A stretch of 64,000 bases of DNA from Nemertoderma westbladi (lineage: Eukaryota > Animalia > Xenacoelomorpha). How positions within the stretch are numbered: the stretch's first letter is position 1; each line of letters opens with the position of its first letter. Where the stretch lies: assembly GCA_032718475.1 (NCBI GenBank), contig JAUCBJ010004063.1, forward strand, positions 16,500-80,499. Reading direction: 5' to 3'. Made by a program: the position numbers and the translations under genes. Below, piece after piece: positions 27,871 through 40,599 of the stretch. The notes under the pieces are model-generated. The model saw nothing but the letters and a program-made list of their open reading frames with translations, made no database searches and was not told where the DNA came from.

Positions 27871-28273
27871 CTAATGTTTAAAAAAAACCGAAAAACCGGG
27901 ATCCCAGCGAAATATCGAATCCCGATTCCGACTTTTTTGAAACGGGATCCCGAAGTTTAAATGGTTAAATAAATTTGTTGAACATCTAAAAAAAGTTCCA
28001 GCAGAACGGAAATGTTTTGATTATATCTAACTTTTATTTCAGTAAACCATCCAGTAATCAATTATAAGATAATTTTAATATAACTTTATCTTACTAATAT
28101 TTCATAAGTGTAAAATAAAGTGAGTGTTACTGAAAACCTGCCTCATATACTATTAACTTTGATGAATTTAATCCAAAATTGCAATACCGATCCCGTAAAA
28201 CGGGATCTCGAGAGGAATAATCCCGGTCCCGATCCCGGAAATCCCGAAAAGTCTGAATTCGAATATAAACTAA
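27871..28273. mobile_element. Diverged second copy of the MITE at 4506-4934
   Basis: Shared internal sequence TCCAGCAGAACGGAAATGTTTTGATTATA...TTTCAGTAAACCATCCAGTAAT and GATCCCG motifs; termini degraded. Confidence 0.8.
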
Positions 28274-29601
28274 ATAAACAACAAACTGAATAGAACTCTA
28301 AAGTACAACTTAATTAATGGGCCTGTGAATACTGTATGGTATTGGAAATGCGAGATGATACTGTATTTTCATGTAAATATTTAGGTAATTTGAATCATTT
28401 ATTAATAATCAGTAATGCAATGTTTATCCTGGCCTTAAAGCATGATTGATAAAATTCATGATTTTAAAAAAATCAAAACTATCCGATTTTTTTTTATTTT
28501 TATATGTGATTTAAATCATGATTTAAATCAATGATTTAAATCAAATGATTTAATTCAAACAACCCTGCATGGGTGATAGGGAGTTATGGCGGCGCAATTT
28601 TGTCGACAAGCCGGCACAGCATTTTTAAAAATGCAGCTGCAATGCAGCATGCCGATCCTAGCTAGTTGGCATTCGGGATACCTGATTTTTCATTTATCCA
28701 AAAAACTTGTCAAAGATTACAGTAGTGACGATATGAAACTTGGTTTTGAAAATTTCAGATCAGTTTATAGGTCTATTTATTGCAAGGGAATGTTATATTA
28801 AATTTGGTAATGGATCATCATTTTACAGTAACGGATTCAACTCAAAACTTGGGAAAAAGACTCCTGGGAAAATTCTAAGAGATACAGAATATCAAAATTG
28901 CCGTAGCTCCTATATAACAATTCAAGGATATTCATTTGAATCAGTGCAATGAGATGAGTCATATTTCAGTTAATGATGCAACTAATGCTTCATATTTTTC
29001 ATCAAATTTATTATTATACAGTATATCTTGTGTTTTATCAGTGTCCACGATATATTAGTTAGGTGCGGCTCCAATTCTTGGACTGTGTTAATTTATTTTC
29101 CCCCGGCACTTTAGAATTATCCGGATTGGTTTTGAAACGTTGCTTTAATATGAGAATTTCACTATGACTCCTTTCATTATCTTTTCATAAGATCAAAATT
29201 TCTAAAATGATCACATAATTAACATTTTTATATTTAATTTCTCGTACGCGGATAAAATTCACTCAAGGGAATTATTTATGTGGGTTTAAGTTACTCTGAG
29301 CAGCCTATCATTATAGTGAATTATAATTGTTTGGAATTTTAACAATTGTTAATTATTAATCTGACGCATATTATATTTATTGTTTCACTAACTAATTTCA
29401 CAAATTTACAACCCAAATTAAATTTGCCACAGTTTGAGTTTGTGTTTTATGTATTTTATTATATCTCAACAATAGACGAAACGAGGAAATATTCTAATAA
29501 CCATTGTCTATCTATGTGTAAGTTTTCCATTTCACCATTCTTATTCGTTTCAGTCTGGGAATAAATTTCGGTTTGCCTATGTTTCATTAGACTAGTTGTC
29601 A

Positions 29602-31115
29602 ATGTCCAGGTAAGAAACCATTAGGTTTCCATGACAATACAAAATTATCGGGTTAGGACTTTGTATAAAGTACTTTCAAAAAAAAGTATAAGTTAGGACT
29701 TTAGCGCTCCCGGAGTTTATGCAAACGGTTTTATTTTTGTGTTCGATGTGAAATTGGTTATTTGCGAAACGAAGGGGTATTCGCAATCAATATTCGGCGA
29801 GTTAGCGTATTAGGGTATTTTCGGTCTTACAATCATTTAGCACTTAGTACAAATTGAATATAAGTGTAATTGACTAACCAACGAAAATTAAAATAACACG
29901 AGAGAAAGTAAAAAACATTATTGATAATAGGTAAAAAAAATTAAAATATAGCAGACAATAAAAGTCAGAAAAACCGACGTAATGAGTTATGTAAAGGAAC
30001 TTTCATATTTTACCGATTTATAACTGATGTTACACGAATAATGATTGAATTGTATTATTTTTTCCTGCAAATATTGTAAATTGATAAAAGTGAAACTATA
30101 ACTATTTTACATGATTGTGTGAAAGGTTTCACATAAGCAGTATTTATGTACCGAGCGAGGGTGGCGAGGGATGTTTCCATAAATATACAAGGGTCATTCA
30201 TTCATAAACGTTGACAGTGCCCTTTTCACAAAAATGGTGCCATTTTGTTAAATTATATCAATTTAAGGGCGTTCTGAATGCTTAATTATTAGCGTTAATA
30301 TTGTAATGTTTAGGAATATTAATGAAATTCATATCCTTTTTATGCAATTAATTGCAGTTGGTACATCACCTAAACTTACACTTCGCCTACAATCAATGGT
30401 TATCAGTAATGGGAAATACTATCAATATTTGTTATAGAAGTTTATTGTTACTAAGTTAGTGATTATTACTTAGCTGCGTTATGAGGATATCACCACATCG
30501 AGAAGTTGTTAATTTTCATAAAAATAGCGCACGTTTAGGTACGCCTATAATGCACTAATTATTGCAATTTACCTGCTATAAAAGAAAAGGCAACTTTGTG
30601 GAATAAAATTACGCATTACTCTGCATAAAAACAAATATAGTTTTCTCTTTAACCATAAAATTGTTTCACTAATATTTTCACAAATTTAGAACCTCAATTT
30701 GGGGTATCTCAACAATTAGACCGGATGAATTTTGAAATAACGATTGTCAATATATCTAGGTATTTCCAATCCACGGCAATCACTCACTACATAATAATAT
30801 GTCGCCTGTGCAATAAATTGAAATACATTGTATGGATGTCCAGGTAAGAAACCATTACGTTTCCATGACAATACACAGTTATCGGGTTAGGACTTTGTAT
30901 AGAGTACTTTCAAAGACTATCTAAAAGTAATAAGTTAAGACTTTAGCGCCCCCGCAGTTTGTGCAAAACGCTTTTATTATTAGGTTATACGTGTACAATT
31001 GGCTATTCGCGAAACGGAGGGGTATTCGCAATTAACATTCAGCGAGTTAGCGTATTAGGGTATTTGCGGTCTTATAATCATTTAGCACTTGGTAGTTGGT
31101 ACAAATGGAATGTAA
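29602..31115 (+). promoter_or_regulatory. Two diverged direct copies (~29602-29870, ~30837-31115) of a segment with a splice donor and X-box-like motif; candidate SPATA18 5' non-coding exon/promoter region
   Basis: Both copies read ATGTCCAG|GTAAGAAACCATTA.GTTTCCATGACAAT (motifs at 29625-29638 and 30859-30872). The first coding exon of SPATA18 is preceded by an acceptor, so an upstream UTR exon is needed. Confidence 0.45.
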
Positions 31116-31840
31116 GTGTAAGTAGTGTGTTTGTAAGTTAGCATTATGGCCATTCCATACTCTTGAGTGTTTAAGTGTGTTTGAAAAGTACCAGTTCCCA
31201 TAATGCCGCTAAGGGGGGCCAAGTTTTTCATACACATGACACACTGGACTGCAAAAGTGGTAAAATGCTAACTTGTGGGAAATGGTCTAAAAAACGTTTT
31301 GACAAAGTTTCAGATTGCAAGGACCACGAGTTAGCACTTTGAGTTAGCACTTTGGAAAAGTTAGCACAATAGCGGAAAAAGAGCTTGCAAAGTTAGCCCT
31401 TTGGTATATTTGCCAACACACTGGGGACATTGTGACGTCACAAAATGACGTAGATAATGTGTGTATACTTATCACTGTTATAGTGGGGACATCAATATTT
31501 ACACCCCATACACACCGAACACATACGAGTGCGGCTTAACACAAACAAAGTGGGGACTGAGCCTAAATACGGTGAAATTTCATATTTAGACTAATTTGGC
31601 AATGAAGATTTCGAATTTCCAGTCAGAACGTTCTGGGGACGTCCCCAGTTCGCGAAAGGTCCCCAGAACGTGGGTATTGTATGGCACTTACGTCCACAGT
31701 ATGTAGCGTTAACCAGTGCCATCCCACACCCACACCCACCCTACCCAATCCTTACACTCACCCAACGCCCAACCGACACTCTATGTTTTTCTCACTAATT
31801 CATAGTACCTTTTATTCCAGATGTTCTAGTATTTATTAAT

Positions 31841-31927
31841 ATGGCTCACACATTGAAACATCTCGTTGAAGTGGGCAGCTTTGCAGCAGTCAACGATAAA
31901 TTGCGACAATGGTCAGAACACTACAAT
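31841..31927 (+). CDS. SPATA18: Mitochondria-eating protein (MIEAP/SPATA18) orthologue, coding exon 1
   Basis: MAHTLKHLVEVGSFAAVNDKLRQWSEHYN aligns residue for residue with recalled human MAENLKRLVSNETLRTLQEKLDFWLKEYN. Acceptor TTTATTCCAG ends 31820 (20-nt UTR); donor GTAAGT at 31928, phase 0. Confidence 0.92.
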
Positions 31928-33235
31928 GTAAGTACCTATGGCGAGGACTCGATGTTACACAATATTAGTAATACACTAACATTAGTATACAGTACTACTC
32001 TTACCATAAATTGAGGTAGTTTTGAATTAAATATAAATACAATTATTAATTGATAACAAATAAATTGGAGTTGATCTGATAAGGCAAAGGGGTAGCCCCC
32101 CTCCCCCTCGCCAAAAATTTCTTAAATTTGTTTTTATTGCATCTCGATTAGAATTTAATGGGAATCTCTAATCTGAAAAAGGCTTAGAGAGATCTCTTTT
32201 AGTTCTCGAGTTATTGTGGAATATCAGTCTGCCAATTTGTTGTCAAAATGTATTACAGACAGAGACAGACAACCGACAGACGGACAAACTAGATTCCACC
32301 AAATATTAAACCCGAAATCGGAAAATAAATCAGCGACCCCGAAAACCCCCATAATATAATTTTAGCTCGGTGGTTTATTTCTTTCCTGTCAGACACTAAT
32401 AACCAACCAGAGCTCGTACAGGTAGTTTTGCGCTGAAACTGAACTTTGAAGGCAACTTTAAAGGTACTTTCAAAAGCTTCAATAAATTTCACGGACTTTT
32501 CTTAATTTAATAATATTTCCCCATTTTTTAATAACAATTACAAAAAAACATGGGTTTTTTCAGTTTTTAAAAAAATTTGAATTTTTCTTTACAAAATTAC
32601 CAATTATCAGGAATAGATAAAACTAAAATAAAAAAAGTGCGTGAAAAATCTGATTAAAATGAACATGCTGGTTCCAAAAAATGTGGTGCGGGAAAATAAA
32701 AATGGAATATAACGGAGGTCGTTATATATATAGTCGTTTTAGCGAAATTGTATAAATCTCATGCAGGCCGCTAGGGGGCGCCAAAAAATTTTTTCAAATT
32801 TTTATGTACTTTTGATGATCAATTTTTCGATATTAAATCATTTACTATGTATTTTTCAACCACATTGGAGACATGTACCATATAAGATAACCCCCCCCCC
32901 CCTCCGCTCCCCACCCCCACCACACCCTTAAATGATATAATACTGTAAAACAGCATTTTGTTATGTGAAATAAAATTGTCGAGGGACGTCACTGGGGTTG
33001 AACCTGCGCTATACGGTGCCGATTCGGTGCAAATGTAGTTACTTATTATATAAACAATAACAGGCATTATCAGCTCAACTAAATTTTTTTCATTTAGTAA
33101 CACCCCGGCACCTCAGTACTTCCACTAACCTAAGTGGTCTATCTTCGATAACAACCTTCTTTGCGACTTTTCGCTCTAAATATTATTCTATTGCTATTAA
33201 TTATTTATTAGTATATTACTTTATTTCCTCGACAG

Positions 33236-33341
33236 ATAAATACTGTGGACCAGAATGTCGGTAACGCCATTGAGAATATTGAGATAGTTGCCAAACTCCA
33301 GGGCCAACTCTTCGATATTCTAAACAAAGTATCTAACGAAG
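33236..33341 (+). CDS. SPATA18: MIEAP/SPATA18 coding exon 2 (106 nt)
   Basis: INTVDQNVGNAIENIEIVAKLQGQLFDILNKVSNE vs recalled human [35 protein letters not shown]. Acceptor TTCCTCGACAG, donor GTTAAT, phase 0-1. Confidence 0.94.
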
Positions 33342-33811
33342 GTTAATTTAAATCAATTAGTTAATGTAATTTAGATACATGGAAATTGATTTATTTATGA
33401 AATTTAGCGACTTACGCTCACAAATATAATAACTCTGTACCTCGGCCTCCTAGTATAAATTTATTATTATTTGTATTTGTCTGGTATTTAATAATACCCA
33501 GACCTAATAATACATTACCAGGTTTTTTACATTTAAATTATTTATTTATTTATTATTTTGGTTTATATAAAATATTAAGGTATTATTTAAGCAATTAACT
33601 GTGGCCCTTTATATGTTGTGTGGAAAACCACAGCTCTTTAAATGCTGCAGCATAGACCAATCCTGGCTTTCATCCTTGACTAGTCAATAATTTGTATAGG
33701 ACACATAGTGGAAGGGTTTATTGTGGAAGTTCACCCATGGTGGTGAACAGGTATTCCTTTGCTTAATGAACCTAAAAGATTTTTCAATTCAATTTCATTT
33801 TATTGTTATAG

Positions 33812-34001
33812 GTGGGACATATAGTGGCGTTGAACCCCTTAAGCAGCAATTACTCCCGTGGTTAGCGCGCGGTTTCCTAGCAACCAGTGGCGGAGTCTCC
33901 CCCGATACCAGTCTGAAACTCATCAATGAGGTCGCCGAGAAAGAAAGAATAATAAGGGAACTGAAACTGAATCAAGAGCTGAGTGGACATCAGTCACATG
34001 A
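33812..34001 (+). CDS. SPATA18: MIEAP/SPATA18 coding exon 3
   Basis: GGTYSGVEPLKQQLLPWLARGF vs recalled human GGRNDGVETIKSRLLPWLEASF. Phase-1 acceptor TTGTTATAG; donor GA|GTTAGT (phase 2) is inferred because it is in phase with the next exon. Confidence 0.88.
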
Positions 34002-37000
34002 GTTAGTATAATAGGAGCTGAGTGGACATCAATCACATGAGTTAGTATAATAGGAGCTGAGTGGACATCAGTCACATGAGTTAGTATAATAGGAGCTGAG
34101 TGGACATCAGTCACATGAGTTAGTATAATAGGAGCTGAGTGGACATCAGTCACATGAGTTAGTATAATAGGAGCTGAGTGGACATCAGTCACATGAGTTA
34201 GTATAATAGGAGCTGAGTGGACATCAGTCACATGAGTTAGTATAATAGGAGCTGAGTGGACATCAGTCACATGAGTTAGTATAATAGGAGCTGAGTGGAC
34301 ATCAGTCACATGAGTTAGTATAATAGGAGCTGAGTGGACATCAGTCACATGAGTTAGTATAATAGGAGCTGAGTGGACATCAGTCACATGAGTTAGTATA
34401 ATAGGAGCTGAGTGGACATCAGTCACATGAGTTAGTATAATAGGAGCTGAGTGGACATCAGTCACATGAGTTAGTATAATAGGAGCTGAGTGGACATCAG
34501 TCACATGAGTTAGTATAATAGGAGCTGAGTGGACATCAGTCACATGAGTTAGTATAATAGGAGCTGAGTGGACATCAGTCACATGAGTTAGTATAATAGG
34601 AGCTGAGTGGACATCAGTCACATGAGTTAGTATAATAGGAGCTGAGTGGACATCAGTCACATGAGTTAGTATAATAGGAGCTGAGTGGACATCAGTCACA
34701 TGAGTTAGTATAATAGGAGCTGAGTGGACATCAGTCACATGAGTTAGTATAATAGGAGCTGAGTGGACATCAGTCACATGAGTTAGTATAATAGGAGCTG
34801 AGTGGACATCAGTCACATGAGTTAGTATAATAGGAGCTGAGTGGACATCAGTCACATGAGTTAGTATAATAGGAGCTGAGTGGACATCAGTCACATGAGT
34901 TAGTATAATAGGAGCTGAGTGGACATCAGTCACATGAGTTAGTATAATAGGAGCTGAGTGGACATCAGTCACATGAGTTAGTATAATAGGAGCTGAGTGG
35001 ACATCAGTCACATGAGTTAGTATAATAGGAGCTGAGTGGACATCAGTCACATGAGTTAGTATAATAGGAGCTGAGTGGACATCAGTCACATGAGTTAGTA
35101 TAATAGGAGCTGAGTGGACATCAGTCGCATGAGTTAGTATAATAGGAGCTGAGTGGACATCAGTCACATGAGTTAGTATAATAGGAGCTGAGTGGACATC
35201 AGTCACATGAGTTAGTATAATAGGAGCTGAGTGGACATCAGTCACATGAGTTAGTATAATAGGAGCTGAGTGGACATCAGTCACATGAGTTAGTATAATA
35301 GGAGCTGAGTGGACATCAGTCACATGAGTTAGTATAATAGGAGCTGAGTGGACATCAGTCACATGAGTTAGTATAATAGGAGCTGAGTGGACATCAGTCA
35401 CATGAGTTAGTATAATAGGAGCTGAGTGGACATCAGTCACATGAGTTAGTATAATAGGAGCTGAGTGGACATCAGTCACATGAGTTAGTATAATAGGAGC
35501 TGAGTGGACATCAGTCACATGAGTTAGTATAATAGGAGCTGAGTGGACATCAGTCACATGAGTTAGTATAATAGGAGCTGAGTGGACATCAGTCACATGA
35601 GTTAGTATAATAGGAGCTGAGTGGACATCAGTCACATGAGTTAGTATAATAGGAGCTGAGTGGACATCAGTCACATGAGTTAGTATAATAGGAGCTGAGT
35701 GGACATCAGTCACATGAGTTAGTATAATAGGAGCTGAGTGGACATCAGTCACATGAGTTAGTATAATAGGAGCTGAGTGGACATCAGTCACATGAGTTAG
35801 TATAATAGGAGCTGAGTGGACATCAGTCACATGAGTTAGTATAATAGGAGCTGAGTGGACATCAGTCACATGAGTTAGTATAATAGGAGCTGAGTGGACA
35901 TCAGTCACATGAGTTAGTATAATAGGAGCTGAGTGGACATCAGTCACATGAGTTAGTATAATAGGAGCTGAGTGGACATCAGTCACATGAGTTAGTATAA
36001 TAGGAGCTGAGTGGACATCAGTCACATGAGTTAGTATAATAGGAGCTGAGTGGACATCAGTCACATGAGTTAGTATAATAGGAGCTGAGTGGACATCAGT
36101 CACATGAGTTAGTATAATAGGAGCTGAGTGGACATCAGTCACATGAGTTAGTATAATAGGAGCTGAGTGGACATCAGTCACATGAGTTAGTATAATAGGA
36201 GCTGAGTGGACATCAGTCACATGAGTTAGTATAATAGGAGCTGAGTGGACATCAGTCACATGAGTTAGTATAATAGGAGCTGAGTGGACATCAGTCACAT
36301 GAGTTAGTATAATAGGAGCTGAGTGGACATCAGTCACATGAGTTAGTATAATAGGAGCTGAGTGGACATCAATCACATGAGTTAGTATAATAGGAGCTGA
36401 GTGGACATCAATCACATGAGTTAGTATAATAGGAGCTGAGTGGACATCAATCACATGAGTTAGTATAATAGGAGCTGAGTGGACATCAGTCACATGAGTT
36501 AGTATAATAGGAGCTGAGTGGACATCAATCACATGAGTTAGTATAATAGGAGCTGAGTGGACATCCGTCACATGAGTTAGTATAATAGGAGCTGAGTGGA
36601 CATCAATCACATGAGTTAGTATAATAGGAGCTGAGTGGACATCAGTCACATGAGTTAGTATAATAGGAGCTGAGTGGACATCAATCACATGAGTTAGTAT
36701 AATAGGAGCTGAGTGGACATCAGTCACATGAGTTAGTATAATAGGAGCTGAGTGGACATCAGTCACATGAGTTAGTATAATAGGAGCTGAGTGGACATCA
36801 GTCACATGAGTTAGTATAATAGGAGCTGAGTGGACATCAGTCACATGAGTTAGTATAATAGGAGCTGAGTGGACATCAGTCACATGAGTTAGTATAATAG
36901 GAGCTGAGTGGACATCAATCACATGAGTTAGTATAATAGGAGCTGAGTGGACATCAGTCACATGAGTTAGTATAATAGGAGCTGAGTGGACATCAGTCAC

Positions 37001-38342
37001 ATGAGTTAGTATAATAGGAGCTGAGTGGACATCAGTCACATGAGTTAGTATAATAGGAGCTGAGTGGACATCAATCACATGAGTTAGTATAATAGGAGCT
37101 GAGTGGACATCAGTCACATGAGTTAGTATAATAGGAGCTGAGTGGACATCAGTCACATGAGTTAGTATAATAGGAGCTGAGTGGACATCAGTCACATGAG
37201 TTAGTATAATAGGAGCTGAGTGGACATCAGTCACATGAGTTAGTATAATAGGAGCTGAGTGGACATCAGTCACATGAGTTAGTATAATAGGAGCTGAGTG
37301 GACATCAGTCACATGAGTTAGTATAATAGGAGCTGAGTGGACATCAGTCACATGAGTTAGTATAATAGGAGCTGAGTGGACATCAGTCACATGAGTTAGT
37401 ATAATAGGAGCTGAGTGGACATCAGTCACATGAGTTAGTATAATAGGAGCTGAGTGGACATCAGTCACATGAGTTAGTATAATAGGCGCTGAGTGGACAT
37501 CAGTCACATGAGTTTGTATAATAGGAGCTGAGTGGACATCAATCACATGAGTTAGTATAATAGGAGCTGAGTGGACATCAATCACATGAGTTAGTATAAT
37601 AGGAGCTGAGTGGACATCAGTCACATGAGTTAGTATAATAGGAGCTGAGTGGACATCAATCACATGAGTTAGTATAATAGGAGCTGAGTGGACATCAGTC
37701 ACATGAGTTAGTATAATAGGAGCTGAGTGGACATCAGTCACATGAGTTATTCTAATAGGAGCTGAGTGGACATCAGTCACATGAGTTATTCTAATAGGAG
37801 CTGAGTGGACATCAATCACATGAGTTAGTATAATAGGAGCTGAGTGGACATCAGTCACATGAGTTAGTATAATAGAGCTGAGTGGACATCAGTCACATGA
37901 GTTTCTATAATAGGAGTTGAGTGGACATCAGTCACATGAGTTAGTATAATAGGAGCTGAGTGGACATCAGTCACATGAGTTAGTATAATAGGAGTTGAGT
38001 GGACATCAGTCACATGAGTTTCTATAATAGGAGTTGAGTGGACATCAGTCACATGAGTTAGTATAATAGGAGCTGAGTGGACATCAGTCACATGAGTTAG
38101 TATAATAGGAGCTGAGTGGACATCAGTCACATGAGTTAGTATAATAGGAGCTGAGTGGACATCAGTCACATGAGTTAGTGTACTCGGAGCTGAGTGGACA
38201 TCAGTCACATGAGTTAGTATAATAGGAGCTGAGTGGACATCAATCACATGAGTTAGTATAATAGGAGCTGAGTGGACATCAATCACATGAGTTAGTATAA
38301 TAGGAGCTGAGTGGACATCAGTTACATGAGTTAGTATAATAG
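33976..38342. repeat. 39-bp minisatellite, ~112 near-identical copies, derived from the SPATA18 exon 3/intron 3 junction
   Basis: Unit GAGCTGAGTGGACATCAGTCACATGA GTTAGTATAATAG; the first unit overlaps the coding exon. Confidence 0.98.
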
Positions 38343-38399
38343 AAACTTGGTGGGGTGGTATAAATGTTATATTAATTTTTTTCGGTTTTTAATAATCAG

Positions 38400-38870
38400 T
38401 TTACTAATCAGGGAGGATGAAGCGGAACGCTTGAAGAAAGAAGAGAAAGCAAAAAAGAAACAGGATAAAAAGTTGAAAAAGAAGGAGAAAAAGAAAGCCA
38501 AAAAGGAAAAAAAGAAAGCGAAAAAAGCAAAGAAAAAGGAAGAGAAAAAGAAGAAGAAAGCGGAGCGAGAGGAGAGGCGTGAGCGAGGAGAAACAGTTAG
38601 CAGCGACAAAAGCAGCAGTTCCGGTAGCAGCAGTAGCAGCAGCAGTTCTAGTTCTAGTTCATCTAAAAGTTCTAAGAAATCAAAAGAAATAGTTGACGAT
38701 TGGTTGAAGCAGAACAGGTCCGCACCGGTAGTGCAAGAAGTTCAAGAAGAGCGTCGTGGGCGGAGTACGTCACCGTACGTTGCTAGGACGTATCCACGGT
38801 ACTATAGTCCCTACCGACACTACAGTCCCTTCTGGGCAACGCGAGAAGCAGAGAGGATATACAGGAAGGC
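38400..38870 (+). CDS. SPATA18: MIEAP/SPATA18 coding exon 4 (Lys-rich, Ser-rich, low complexity)
   Basis: Open frame LLIREDEAERLKKEEKAKKK...SSSSS...RRGRSTSPY...RIYRKA. Acceptor TTTTTAATAATCAG (alternative in-frame AG 12 nt downstream, start 38412); donor GC|GTAAGT; phase 2-2 fits both neighbours. Confidence 0.8.
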
Positions 38871-38882
38871 GTAAGTCCTACT

Positions 38883-38896
38883 GTTACCATAACAAC
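38883..38896. promoter_or_regulatory. Candidate intronic RFX X-box
   Basis: GTTACCATAACAAC begins 12 nt after the exon-4 donor and is followed by a short CpG-richer stretch. Motif match only. Confidence 0.35.
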
Positions 38897-39181
38897 CAGC
38901 GCTTCTCAAACTAATCCTCCACTGTTTCCACTCCTCTCGCTCCGCTTTCTGGCGTCGCCGACTAACTCAGCTGTTGTTCCGAATTTAGATGTTGGATTAT
39001 TTGTATTTTTCAATTAATACACTTAATATTTTTATCAAATGCTTCAACAACATTAACATTATTGTTGATAACGCGGTGTAATGTATCTTCACAATGCGTA
39101 ATGGGGTGAATAATGAGGTAATATTACAGTCACTCCTGTGTTCTGTTAATGATGCTTGAAAAATTTGCTTACTAATGTAAC

Positions 39182-40361
39182 TAGGGATGTGCCGGATTGA
39201 CTATTTTCAAACCAGCCAGCCTGGAGCCGGAGCCGGATTTGTAAAAAAATTCCGGCCAAGCCGGATTTTTTTATATGTCACCACTTTTTTCCTTGAATCA
39301 GCTATATGGTAGGTGCCTTTGTGAATGAACAGAAATGGAGGGAGTGAGGGTATCATTTGGTCCTTTGGGCGTTAGGTACTGCATTGATAGATAACGTGCT
39401 GGATCATTATCAGCAATGGACTTTGACTTTAATAAGAAATCAGAAGTAGATTAGTAAGTATATGTCAATTATCCCAACTAAACGGGACGAGAAGGGCGTT
39501 TTGCGTTGGTTGGCTGCAAATAAGGAATCATCTTGTACATATATTTAGTATCACCAGCACTTCAATTTATTCCGAGCGAATTTTTGTAGAGGCTGGTAAT
39601 GTATTTTTTGATGAGAATCGCTCTCGTATGCTTCCGGATCGTGGAGATAAACTTATATTTTTGTACCATAACCTACGCCGATTTGATATTTGATATAATG
39701 GATTGATTTGATAAATAAAGTGCAAATTGAAAAATAGAACGAAGAAATACAGTAGCTGTAGTTTTTTTATACTCTCTGAGTTAAATTGGATTTACTAAGA
39801 GTTTCTAAATTGCCTGTCGAATATATAAACTGGTCATTCACGCTGGTAAGCTTAATATCAATTTATAACAAACCTAGCTAGCTAGACCTAACATCAACGC
39901 TTGCGCGCTGGGACTATATAGTAATTATTGACTAGTTATAATTAGTATAATGGCCATACATGTACTATTTATTAAATATTAACGTTTGTTAGTGAGGCTG
40001 AGCCCAACCAAATACAAATATTATTGGTAAAAACTAGTCAGTCAGCTCAGCATGTAGATAGTCATAAAATTATAGAGCTCTGCTTTTTAGACTTTATCAT
40101 GGTCATAATATGAATGAATATGATATAAACTATGAAAAATTTGTATTGTATTCCGTTGTATTTGCTTATGTTTAAATTTGTTTGAATTTAATAGAAAATT
40201 TTTTTGATGTTATTTTCGAAAATTTACATTAATTGTAAATTTTGTCAACAATTCCTTGAAATCCGGCCAAAAAAATTTAAATCCGGCCGGAGCCGGAACC
40301 GGATATTTTTCTCAAAATCCGGCCGGAATTCCGGCCCGGCCGGATATCCGGCACACCCCTA
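39182..40361 (+). mobile_element. Non-autonomous hAT (Ac-like) transposon in SPATA18 intron 4
   Basis: TIRs TAGGGATGTGCCGGAT / ATCCGGCACACCCCTA; CCGG subterminal repeats; 8-bp TSD AATGTAAC / AAGGTAAC (7/8); frameshifted remnant SERIF..AGNV / ENRSRMLPDRGDKLIFLYHNL at ~39570-39690 resembles the hAT dimerisation region. Confidence 0.9.
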
Positions 40362-40479
40362 AAGGTAACCTTTCGAATAATTTTTATAAATTTAAACTTC
40401 AATTGTTAATTTACTCATAATAATAATGTGAAATGTTATGTATAATTTGTATAGTACTTTATTTTCTATTGTTATTTAG

Positions 40480-40599
40480 GGTTCAATCAGTAGAGACCAA
40501 AAAGGATCGAAGCTCTTCACAAGTCGTGGACGAATATGACTTCCAAATAAGCAAAATGAAGCATGAATTAGAATATCTGAGAGCCGAGAGGGACGATGT
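40480..40599 (+). CDS. SPATA18: MIEAP/SPATA18 coding exon 5 (120 nt, coiled coil); gene 3'-incomplete in this window
   Basis: VQSVETKKDRSSSQVVDEYDFQISKMKHELEYLRAERDD resembles recalled human AMSDYKKQLRNLKEEIAVLSAEKS. Acceptor TTGTTATTTAG, donor GTAAGT, phase 2-2. Confidence 0.85.

Larger units (their letters stand above)
27310..28567. mobile_element. hAT-like element remnant with GATTTAAATC subterminal repeats, host of two nested MITEs
   Basis: ATTTAAATC/AAATCAGATTT repeat clusters at both ends and terminus CAACCCTG at 28560-28567; left terminus not seen. Confidence 0.55.

Noticed and set aside
33923-37858. 1311-aa minus-strand ORF (TDVHSAPIILTHV)n
   Set aside because: Antisense reading of a 39-bp (multiple of 3) array whose origin is explained by the + strand exon junction; no unique domain.
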